The notes under the pieces were generated by a model, which had not been told where the DNA came from, did not search any database, and saw only the letters and a program-made list of their open reading frames with translations. The position numbers and the translations under genes were made by a program. A stretch of DNA of 64,000 bases from Tubulanus polymorphus (Eukaryota; Animalia; Nemertea): assembly GCF_964204645.1 (NCBI RefSeq), contig NC_134031.1, positions 11,906,088-11,970,087 on the forward strand, written 5' to 3'. Every line of letters begins with the position of its first letter. The first letter of the stretch is position 1. Below, one piece after another: positions 47,701 through 58,155 of this stretch.

Positions 47701-50700
47701 CGAACGACTATTTTACGACTCATCCTCAGATATCAAATGGCCCTTTGCAGGTCGGTCAATTCCAATCTGCCCGTGGGGTAGATGGAACTAAATTTGACCT
47801 GAGAGGAGTTATTTCTGTGGATTTTGTGTTAGGCAATTTGGAAATTACGCACTCTATGTACGTGGTAGACGGTATCACGTCCGATGTAATTCTTGGAGCT
47901 GATTTCTTAGAACAAAACCAGGCAGTTATCGATTATGCTAAAAAGGCTCTCTTGTTGCCAGGCGCCGACATAATTTACTTTAGTAATGATGTCATTTTGG
48001 GGAAATCTTCGTCGGTTAAAGTCACGCGTATGACTGTTATTCCCCCTTCATGCGATGTCACCGTAGACCGTAAGTGGCTAATTGACAAGTCTCAGTCATC
48101 GATTGCAGCCTTTGAGCCTGTACATTATTTGAGAATGCGTGATCTCATGAGCGCAAGGTCAGTTGTTAGCGTCATGCCATCAAGGCATAGGCTTCGAGTC
48201 ACGAACCCTACGTCACGATTCGTCACCCTCTTTGAAGATACGTGTCGTAGTGATTCGTGGACAGATGGGTGGTCACTTGACCGATCACTCAAAACAGAGG
48301 CGAAGTCAGGACAGCTTCCTCGGCCACCGGAGGTGTCTATCACACATGTGGAAGACCCTCAGACGTCAGACGAAATTTGTAAGTATAATCGAATTATTTA
48401 GAGTTTGGATCAAGATGCATACGTCCTATTGAAAATTATGAATTGTATACGGTAAGCGTCTCTTCAGTAAGTTATCGAAATATAATTACATAAGTTGTGA
48501 AACTGAAGTATATATAACGCATTGTTGCCAATGAGTTAACTCCTGATCTGGGTTTAATCTAATATAGGAGATAAAGACAACCATAGATAAAAGTGAATAA
48601 TAGCTTGATTGTCGTGATATTGGTTTTTTTTTTGCTGAAATATCACTAGTCTCTAGGGTTTATTATCTGTAGTCTGAATGGATGTCATTGATTGTCAGTT
48701 AGAAAAGAAAGAGTTATGAAATTTTTATATAATCTCTGTGTTTTTATTTGATTGTAAGGTACCCTTATCGGATTTGTGAAGATGAGACCGTCGGGATATG
48801 ACAGCACTACGATGGAAGAATGTCTTCTTCTGTCAACCGCAATAGATGTTGACGGGTACCCCCCTGATAGTGACCATATGGAGATGGGGACTTGTTGGGA
48901 GGTATCCTGAAACTCTTTTCGATGCAACTGATAGTATGAAAAACCAGCAACTGGTATGCTCTGGCCGAGATGGGTGATATTAATTCACCGATTCGTCAAT
49001 TAACGAGGAAAAAGGAACAACTATATACAGCCTACAACAACGATCTAGGGCGTTGCCGTTTCAACGGGATGGAATCATGCTCGATGATTAGTCATGCGAT
49101 TCTGGCCATTGTTAGTGGTGTTTGTCACTCTCGAAGACCTGTTATATACTCACAAACTTAAGTGATGAAGGGTGGACAAAGACACCTGGCCAATGCGATA
49201 CGAAATATGAAGAAAAGTGATAATTTCCGTAGACATTTTAGCGGAGTAAAGCCGAGTGTGTTCAAGATGGCTCCCGTGTAGTTACATTAACATTCGATGG
49301 AATGTTGTTCGCTCAAGCCGTAAGATGCGAATACATTACTGTTCCGTTTCTATATTAACTGTGGAGAAAAGACTCCGATATAGTAACCGTAGTACTATAG
49401 CGTCTATGAATAGCGAGCAAGTATCAGCTGAACATAAATGCGTTTTGCCGTACTATCAACGTAGCAGTACGCGCTCCGAGGAACTGCGGTGGATGACGTC
49501 ATTCGTCCGTCCATGACGTACCTTGTTGTGTCTGGTAGCTGTTGCGTCACTTCGCGGTAAATTCTAAACTCAAACTGTGAACTGTTTTGTGCTTAACTTT
49601 CGACTGTTTAGTGTGCGGGGACAGCGGTCTCGAATGAACTTTTTTCCGATTGGGTATCCAGAACTTTAAATGCGGTTTTATGATAAACTATATCATGAAC
49701 TTTAATATGCGTTGTAGTGTCGAACTCTAAGAAATAGTTACTCGTTATAATGAATTGTTTACTAATGTTCTTTTTCAGGATTTGTTCTAGAGGTATCAGC
49801 GGGATATTCACGAGTTGGTTTAAATTCAAAATTTCGGGACGAAATTTAAACTGGATAGGGAGTGTTGATCCACAGCTAGATTTTCGTAGTAACTGAAAAA
49901 TGTTTCGTAGTATTTAGAAATGTTCTTAATGTTGTTTCCGTATGCGTGGGGGTTACGTTAAAGCCGTCAGACAAGAACGTACTAGTAGTAAGAATTACGA
50001 AAGTTCTTGTTTGATGCTTTCATCTACCAACGCCAACCATAAATCAGTCTATAAACAACAATTCTTTCTCGGTTCTTCTGCTGTGGGATCTGGCAAACAT
50101 TCAGAAAATCTTTATATAAAACTTTTAAATAGTTGGAACCATATTTGGTTGGGTCGGAACAATGGAGTGTATTTATAATGAGGCTCGTGAAGGGATCACG
50201 CTGATACTTGATGATATTCCCGGCTACTTTCCGTAAAAGGAAAAACCGGAAGTTTAGGAAGATGTGGTTGTTTTGCTTATCCTGTATTAAAATAGAATTA
50301 GTTAAATTGTAGATAAAATAATTAGTATAAGTATTTCAAATAATTTAAGAATTGATAATCAATCACAATGTATTCCGAATCATAGTTAATTATAATAATT
50401 AAAAAAGAAACAATGAATTTGTACTGTAATTAGAAAAGAAAACAAAGTTTTGAAAAGATAATTAATTTGAGCAATCTAGATGTTGTTTAAGAACAAATTG
50501 TTAATAATCGCTAATGTTTTAGAAAAATTAATTTGTGTTAAATGTTAAAACTAGCTGTCTGAAGTTTCTGTTGTCTGTATGCGCTCGTTGGTAATTCACA
50601 GACAATAGCTGCTCTCTCAACAACGACTAGCAAGGAGTGAGTAAATCACAACGCGTCATGACAGGAGGGTTGGAAGGAAAAAGTTAGTTTAGCAAATCAG

Positions 50701-51792
50701 TTTTGAAAATAATTTTAGATCAGCGAATCATTAAGGCCAAATTCTCTATGACCAAAACAGTCATGACAGTAAGGTTGCTGCTCCTTGCCAAAAGTCGAGT
50801 GGGAGAGTCGGTATTTTAAGAATGCCGATTCTTTCTATAAAAGGGACCCGCATCTTGAGAGAGCAGTCAATCGGGAGAATCTGTACCTTAGTAAGACGAG
50901 TGTCGACAGCAGGACAGGAGAAGCTTCGGAACGATAGGGATTCATATAATAGGGATTAGGAAAATCATTCTCAGGTTCAAGGTAAATAAAAAATATTATC
51001 TTCAATATTATCATCCGGTATTTCAGTTTATTCATTCGGATTTGTGCACGGACACGTTCTCTCGCCAGGGCCTTACTCAAGTATTTTAATAGATAACGAT
51101 TAAAGAGAGGATTGTGACCGGTGTATCAGTATACTGATATATAATATTTTATTGTTCTTTTAGGTTCGATCGTTAATGACAACGCTGTCGCCGGCCCGTC
51201 GAAAAGTGCGAACTTGCGTAACACCTGGAACAATGACCCCGAACCCCATTATCTGGGATCTCTTGTTTACGCGAGTGCGAAAACGTGGCAGGGGGTAAAA
51301 CGTGTAGATTTACGGTCCTACGAGTGCTGTGAACGAAGAAAACAACTGTATCCCACTAAAAACGGTATTTCGCTCGATCTCCAAGAGTGGGTGCATATAG
51401 ATTTTTGTAAATCCGATATCGAACACGAAATTGCGCGCGTTAAAGAAGATATCGAATACGTGGGTGTAATGACTGTTGGTCGTACGAATTTTATCAAAAT
51501 ATATAGGTCTAGTCACGATCATCGTATTTACGTAGATATCCGAAAATACGATCTATTCGATGAACCTCTCGGTGTTTCCCCGACTAGATGCGGTGTAAAA
51601 CTAACATTGGAACAATGGAAAAAATTGAAAGACATTGATTTTAATGACGATATACCCGAACTAGCCAACATGACGCCCTGTTGGTATGATTCGAGTCACT
51701 CGAATCAGGAATACAGGTGTCCGTACTGCGCAAAAGACACTTCTGGAGTACGAAAAACACCTGAATACGGTGTAATGATCACCCAAGTATAA
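41796..51792 (+). CDS. Spliced tandem PC4 (p15/Sub1)-domain protein, left-arm copy: exons 41796-41907 and 51164-51792; intron holds the LTR element
   Basis: gtaagt donor and ttttag acceptor give an in-frame 246-aa protein; VDLRSY...PTKNGISLDLQEW and VDIRKY...PTRCGVKLTLEQW PC4 signatures. Confidence 0.75.
43228..43240 (+). promoter_or_regulatory. Primer binding site complementary to the tRNA-Phe 3' end
   Basis: TGGTGCCGAAACC one base after the 5' LTR. Confidence 0.8.
43294..43899 (+). CDS. LTR-element accessory ORF A with PLWDSNPP repeats
   Basis: Open frame with N-terminal CSHC and basic patch; ~63-bp repeats keep frame; shorter paralog at 44099-44416. Confidence 0.45.
   Translation: MVRIFICSHCGAKNAFSKKRRTPVNRPTQALWDSNPPRARPFQIPEEYREPLWDSNPPIKPFEIPEEHREPLWDSNPLIPKALGLIEDNQEPLWDSNPPIPKALGLIEDNQEPLWDTNPPLTSVAPAEPLWEPNPRATQHEAPALVTFGDLNPSERRRRVRLVKVPDKFDPFWVHFFRDFANPNDFIFGDKDANGYFLCPA
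44491..45297 (+). CDS. LTR-element accessory ORF with three PLDLS motifs, NLS-like PPRKR, Cys cluster and acidic C-terminus
   Basis: 268-aa ORF directly upstream of gag, bounded by AT-rich spacers. Confidence 0.55.
   Translation: MSGPITVRVTTKRRSAGYLGAPPRKRCLVAVRLTPAAPTSIAAARSPSRDNSGTPYSQLTDFELKDTCLYCTCPTLAVFDDRIRCTCPPSAPSFPTLNSSGTDSNRGSPIGTDQLITRASSAGSTCSGSSSFSCCCSVPPDSPTGDAERPLDTEQPLDLSPLLADRPSSVDTTAAGQLLGGSWGTSVPIFPLDLSLGVSAVDQPLDLSPGQSLSPFLEKQSVPSPSFSWNFEGIDDILLSSSNEELTVADIDRIWEQLLCWADHQDRV
45361..46512 (+). CDS. gag: Gag polyprotein
   Basis: LPKFTG...W, MRQGETQPVDRF, zinc knuckle CFQCHAPGHYARNC. Confidence 0.92.
   Translation: MATRSGTAYGQDGAGGLQGQPPAEGVPQGHPPVNDNTVLEALSGLREQVDTATAFMNFSMLPKFTGRDSQCVSDWFRGFDRLAELRGWDEIAKKKQLYWFLAGPALVLFNDLRIDQGTDAAGGKVVTPWENIVRAFCAQFSPTSWALVKESALTTMRQGETQPVDRFAEEIDRVASSLKFSDHQKKMLLINNSRPDISVYLLSQRPTTFRDAWEAARMAEHIEQRKALSSPKVSQIGTEPNKAMGDVMAELRDMFRQIMDIQKSTRTQRNDRATFYSESRPLQRSQDGQVVCFQCHAPGHYARNCPTWRYDQQRSPNRDAFQRDNRRPQNASRGQFRPQNIGRGSQGANRTFSQGNDRRPHPMDRQGWGRAMNGQQSTLPIRR
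46422..48401 (+). CDS. pro: -1 frame Gag extension ending in an aspartic protease; single TAG at 46845-46847
   Basis: LIDTGAEISV and VILGADFL; slippery GGGAAAC at 46422-46428. Confidence 0.8.
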
Positions 51793-52669
51793 TTTCACAG
51801 ATATTAATTAGATAATATTTATATCATAACCGAACAACAAAATATGTAAAATACATCAATTTATATAATTTAGTTTGCGTTAAACTCTTAGATAGAAATA
51901 AGTATCCGAAATGACTAATCCAGGACTTCATTAAGATCCGCTCTAACCAAAGAGGATTAACTAAAGTAGTGAGTTTCTATCTTTTATGAAATTTATGGTT
52001 TTTTCATGTATAGGTATATGACCTATGTTTATCTACAATATTTATAAAAATATTTATGTTTTTTAGGACTAAATAAAACATTAATTGAATAAAAGATTTC
52101 ATTTTTGACTCATTCTGAGTTACGTTAATCTAGCATTTCGTTGTTATCCAGACCCATGATACCATATACCGACAAAGAAGGCAATTAATTGATTTAGATC
52201 AATACATGACCACGATTGGGGAAAATAGGTGTGAGCAAAACCAATTACCTAGACTAGTAGCAGATGGGTCGATAGTATCCAAACACCATTAATTATATGT
52301 GGAAGACGAAGGCAATTAAGTGATTTAGATCGGAGACACGTCCGAGATGGGAAATTATGTGTGAGGTTTCAAACCAATTACACTAGCAATAATTCGAACA
52401 TTTTTAGTGCTCATAGCGCTGAGGTAATTAAATTGTTTAGAAAAAACCGAACAGATGGTCCTATATGCTGGGTGATATTAGACCCGAGTATCAAAAACAC
52501 CGTTAATTATATGTGATAGAATCCTCAAATACTTTGAGTAAACTGTTAGACTATGAGAATTAATCAACTAATTAGTCGTCTGACTTAGACCCATAAATAA
52601 GGGTGTAGTTTTAGGACAAATCATTTCCAAGATGTCTGTTATTGGAGCACTAAAATAGTAGCCGAAATG

Positions 52670-53050
52670 TTACGTTCGAACTTTATCAAGATATATGGAT
52701 CTAGTCACGATCACCGTATTACGTAGATATCCGAAAATACGATCTACACGATGAGCTTTTCGACGTAAATCCGACTAGATGCGGCGTAAAACTAACATTG
52801 GAACAATGGAAAAAAATTGAAAGACATTAATTTTACAGAAGATATATCCGAACTGGCTAATATGAGACCGTGCTGGTACAATTCGAGTCACTCGAATCAG
52901 GAATACAGATGCCCGTACTGCGCAAAAGACACAAGCGGGGTTAGAAAGCACCTGAATACGGTATAATGATAACCAAAGTATAATTAAAGTAATTTAAAAC
53001 CGCTCTGACCAAAAGAGGATTAACTAAAGTAGTGAGTTTCTATCTTTTAC
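52670..53050 (+). pseudogene. Degenerate duplicate of the PC4 gene 3' half (mirrored at ~54520-54900)
   Basis: Aligns by eye to 51480-51990 with frameshifts. Confidence 0.8.
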
Positions 53051-55776
53051 GAATTTTTATACGTAGCGACTCATTCGTCATCTACCGGATTGTATAAATA
53101 AAAGCCATAACCCGTGTATATGTATAATATTTTTGGAAAAAAAAATTTTATGTTTTTTAGATGAACGAGTAAATAATAAACTTGCAATGTATATAATATT
53201 TCATATCTGTCTCATTTTATTCGGATTTACTCTATAATAATCAAGCATTTTGTCGTTGGCCAGACCTCTTGATACAAAATATCATCTATGAACGTAATTA
53301 AGTAATTGAGAAACAAATACCATTGACCCATGGTTAGCACCTACCATCTAAAATATCTGGTCAGTACCCTCGATGATATGTGACGGAATATGCAGGATGA
53401 AAATTACGCAATTAAGTAATTGAGAAACAAAAACCATTGACTCGTTGTTAGCATCTGCCGAATAAGTTATTTAGATCAGAGACACAACCGCGATTGGGGA
53501 AATTAAGTATGAGCAAACCAACTATAGTATACCCATTTCGGGTTTGTTGGTTGTTTGTTGATTGACTGACGCGATTAAGCTGTTTGGAAAACCTAGACTA
53601 GTAACAGATGGTTTTCTACGGCGAGTTTATAGAAATATAATTTAGAAAATGACAAAATTCATATACATAATAGTTTATTATAGAAGCTTAAAATATTTCA
53701 CGATAAATTTTTCTTTTACAAAATAATCATTATCATTAGTTTTATTTGACAATAGTTTCGTAATATCGCGTAAATCGTTACCGTGACATAGGTGCAATAG
53801 TACAAATATTGCGTAATAACAGAAATACATCGGATAATACGTTTTGATACATCTTATTATTATATTTCCAATCTATACAATTCTGTATTTCTGTTATTAC
53901 GCAATATTTGTACTATTGCACCTATAAATTATATTTCTATAAACTCGCCGTAGAAAACCATCTGTTACTAGTCTAGGTTTTCCAAACAGCTTAATCGCGT
54001 CAGTCAATCAACAAACAACCAACAAACCCGAAATGGGTATACTATAGTTGGTTTGCTCATACTTAATTTCCCCAATCGCGGTTGTGTCTCTGATCTAAAT
54101 AACTTATTCGGCAGATGCTAACAACGAGTCAATGGTTTTTGTTTCTCAATTACTTAATTGCGTAATTTTCATCCTGCATATTCCGTCACATATCATCGAG
54201 GGTACTGACCAGATATTTTAGATGGTAGATGCTAACCATGGGTCAATGGTATTTGTTTCTCAATTACTTAATTACGTTCATAGATGATATTTTGTATCAA
54301 GAGGTCTGGCCAACGACAAAATGCTTGATTATTATAGAGTAAATCCGAATAAAATGAGACAGATATGAAATATTATATACATTGCAAGTTTATTATTTAC
54401 TCGTTCATCTAAAAAACATAAATTTTTTTTTTCCAAAAATATTATACATATACACGGGTTATGGCTTTTATTTATACAATCCGGTAGATGACGAATGAGT
54501 CGCTACGTATAAAAATTCGTAAAAGATAGAAACTCACTACTTTAGTTAATCCTCTTTTGGTCAGAGCGGTTTTAAATTACTTTAATTATACTTTGGTTAT
54601 CATTATACCGTATTCAGGTGCTTTCTAACCCCGCTTGTGTCTTTTGCGCAGTACGGGCATCTGTATTCCTGATTCGAGTGACTCGAATTGTACCAGCACG
54701 GTCTCATATTAGCCAGTTCGGATATATCTTCTGTAAAATTAATGTCTTTCAATTTTTTTCCATTGTTCCAATGTTAGTTTTACGCCGCATCTAGTCGGAT
54801 TTACGTCGAAAAACCCATCGTGTAGATCGTATTTTCGGATATCTACGTAATACGGTGATCGTGACTAGATCCATATATCTTGATAAAGTTCGAACGTAAC
54901 ATTTCGGCTACTATTTTAGTGCTCCAATAACAGACATCTTGGAAATGATTTGTCCTAAAACTACACCCTTATTTATGGGTCTAAGTCAGACGACTAATTA
55001 GTTGATTAATTCTCATAGTCTAACAGTTTACTCAAAGTATTTGAGGATTCTATCACATATAATTAACGGTGTTTTTGATACTCGGGTCTAATATCACCCA
55101 GCATATAGGACCATCTGTTCGGTTTTTTCTAAACAATTTAATTACCTCAGCGCTATGAGCACTAAAAATGTTCGAATTATTGCTAGTGTAATTGGTTTGA
55201 AACCTCACACATAATTTCCCATCTCGGACGTGTCTCCGATCTAAATCACTTAATTGCCTTCGTCTTCCACATATAATTAATGGTGTTTGGATACTATCGA
55301 CCCATCTGCTACTAGTCTAGGTAATTGGTTTTGCTCACACCTATTTTCCCCAATCGTGGTCATGTATTGATCTAAATCAATTAATTGCCTTCTTTGTCGG
55401 TATATGGTATCATGGGTCTGGATAGCAACGAAATGCTAGATTAACGTAACTCAGAATGAGTCAAAAATGAAATCTTTTATTCAATTAATGTTTTATTTAG
55501 TCCTAAAAAACATAAATATTTTTATAAATATTGTAGATAAACATAGGTCATATACCTATACATGAAAAAACCATAAATTTCATAAAAGATAGAAACTCAC
55601 TACTTTAGTTAATCCTCTTTGGTTAGAGCGGATCTTAATGAAGTCCTGGATTAGTCATTTCGGATACTTATTTCTATCTAAGAGTTTAACGCAAACTAAA
55701 TTATATAAATTGATGTATTTTACATATTTTGTTGTTCGGTTATGATATAAATATTATCTAATTAATATCTGTGAAA

Positions 55777-56604
55777 TTATACTTGGGTGATCATTACACC
55801 GTATTCAGGTGTTTTTCGTACTCCAGAAGTGTCTTTTGCGCAGTACGGACACCTGTATTCCTGATTCGAGTGACTCGAATCATACCAACAGGGCGTCATG
55901 TTGGCTAGTTCGGGTATATCGTCATTAAAATCAATGTCTTTCAATTTTTTCCATTGTTCCAATGTTAGTTTTACACCGCATCTAGTCGGGGAAACACCGA
56001 GAGGTTCATCGAATAGATCGTATTTTCGGATATCTACGTAAATACGATGATCGTGACTAGACCTATATATTTTGATAAAATTCGTACGACCAACAGTCAT
56101 TACACCCACGTATTCGATATCTTCTTTAACGCGCGCAATTTCGTGTTCGATATCGGATTTACAAAAATCTATATGCACCCACTCTTGGAGATCGAGCGAA
56201 ATACCGTTTTTAGTGGGATACAGTTGTTTTCTTCGTTCACAGCACTCGTAGGACCGTAAATCTACACGTTTTACCCCCTGCCACGTTTTCGCACTCGCGT
56301 AAACAAGAGATCCCAGATAATGGGGTTCGGGGTCATTGTTCCAGGTGTTACGCAAGTTCGCACTTTTCGACGGGCCGGCGACAGCGTTGTCATTAACGAT
56401 CGAACCTAAAAGAACAATAAAATATTATATATCAGTATACGTATGTCTTAATATTTGACGGTTTCGAATACGGGAAATAAGTAGAAACTTACTAAAGTCG
56501 AGTTTCAGCGAGGGGTGTTTTCTTTTTCTAGATTGAAGCGATGACTTTGCTTTAACTGGTGTATTAGATATTTCTAAAATACTTTGTCCGCTGGCCGAAT
56601 CCAT
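55777..56604 (-). CDS. Spliced tandem PC4-domain protein, uninterrupted right-arm copy: exons 56604-56493 and 56405-55777, 87-bp intron
   Basis: Canonical GT-AG phase-1 intron; 246 aa; RKRK NLS-like motif in exon 1; C-terminal C...H...CPYC. Confidence 0.8.
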
Positions 56605-57060
56605 TATTACGATGATGTTGTATGATGTTGACGGTTCAAAGTCTCTGAGCAGAATGACTAAATTATGGATTTGCAACGCGTTTTTATTGTCAGAAAATGA
56701 CTTACCCGAACTCGTTTTATGGTTTTACATGTTACGAAATATGTTCGCCTAAACTTGTCTATGATTTCACAATAGCCGTCAAAAGAAGCCATCTTGGATT
56801 TAACCCCGCTCCCCTCTCTATACACGCGCTCGCATAAGATTATATAATCATGGCATCATCTAGGATGACGTCACTCGCTTACACACGTACACACAAACGC
56901 ACGCATGCGCACGCATCTGTATAGGATTACGGACTAGCGCCATCTAGGATTTAACTGCGCACTCGCTTTGTTTACACTCGCATAAACGAGACGTGACTTA
57001 CGAAAATGTCTGGCGATTTTTTTACCGTGGAAAACATTTTCCTAAAGAAAAAAAAAAAAA

Positions 57061-57570
57061 TCAACTACCACGGAACATGAAATAAATCATGTCGACTTTG
57101 AAGATATCGACTGGTCTACCGGATTTGCGATTTGCAAATATTGTAATACGACAATTACATACGGTAGTTTTCGAGTAACGACGTGTTGCAGGAAACCGAT
57201 TTGTGAAGATTGCTGGCTAGTGAACGCTCGATGGTTAGGCGTTCAACATGATTTCGAATGTACTATCGAGAATTGCATGGCACATTTTAGGATTATCAAA
57301 CATATCGCGAAAAAAGACTGTTATCGTTGTCACGCGCAAGAGGATTTGCTTCATTGTTGTGATAAAACTATATGCTGGCCCTGTTTAAGCGAACTTAAAA
57401 CGTGTGAAGGGTATGAAGAAAATTTTTGTTATAACTGCATAACTTTATTTTGTGGCATCAACACGTGTTTAGTATGTTTGGAAATAACTAAACAAAAGAC
57501 AGACTGCTGCGACGTTTATATTCACGTCTCGTGCGCCAAGGAATTCGGATTTAAACCGTGTTTAAACTAA
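57061..57570 (+). CDS. Cys-rich putative Zn-binding protein (right-arm copy)
   Basis: Mirror of 40827-41336; one amino acid difference visible (P/T). Confidence 0.55.
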   Translation, partial: STTTEHEINHVDFEDIDWSTGFAICKYCNTTITYGSFRVTTCCRKPICEDCWLVNARWLGVQHDFECTIENCMAHFRIIKHIAKKDCYRCHAQEDLLHCCDKTICWPCLSELKTCEGYEENFCYNCITLFCGINTCLVCLEITKQKTDCCDVYIHVSCAKEFGFKPCLN

Positions 57571-58155
57571 ATTTTAACGGTGAATAAAATGTTTTTTTTA
57601 ATTGTTTTACATTGTTTTTTTAATTTTTGGTTTTCTTTGTCTCGAATTTGCCCGTACTCAGGGAAAAGCGCCATCTAGGATTTAACTTCACTTCCCCCTC
57701 ACCTTCACGTACACATATGATCTCGTAATAGCGCCATCTAGGATTCAACTTTTCCCATAAACACGCATAGGAATGCGTAAGCGCCATCTAGGATTCAATC
57801 ATACCAATAAATAAATTTGGATTGAACACCGCCAATAAATTTGATTTGGATTTAACACCGCCAATAAATTGATTTGGATTTGTTGTCAATAATTTGATTT
57901 GGATTTAACGGAAAAATTTTGAATTTTCCCGCCAAAAATTTGAAATTTGAATTTCAACCGCCACTTCCGGCCACCATCTTGGATGACGTCACTTCCGGTC
58001 ACCATCTTGGATTACGTCACTTCCGGCCGCCATCTTGGATGACTTCACTTCCGGTATGACGTCACTTCCGGTATGACGTCATCCCTCCTCCCTCCCCCCT
58101 CCTCACTCCTCCCCCCTCCCCCCTTGAGGTCCTGAAGTGACATTTCCTAACTACT

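Larger units (their letters stand above)
41964..51128 (+). mobile_element. Recent non-autonomous Gypsy-type LTR retrotransposon (Gag and protease only)
   Basis: 1263-bp TG...CA LTRs at 41964-43226 and 49866-51128, nearly identical; TSD GTAT; PBS; purine-rich tract before the 3' LTR; no RT/RNase H/integrase motifs found. Confidence 0.93.
40235..58155. mobile_element. Giant palindromic non-autonomous element with Polinton-type termini (~8.7 kb without the nested LTR element)
   Basis: AGTAGTTAGGAAATGTCAC...GTGACATTTCCTAACTACT; TSD ATCCCC at 40229-40234 and 58156-58161; arms 40235-53644 (minus the LTR insertion) and 53925-58155 are reverse complements. Confidence 0.92.

Noticed and set aside
40235-58155. 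Palindrome as a pure assembly fold-back artefact
   Set aside because: Both ends join the same LINE in register with a 6-bp TSD, the arms differ at scattered sites, the LTR element is in one arm only, and the centre has unique sequence. Long-read confirmation is still desirable.
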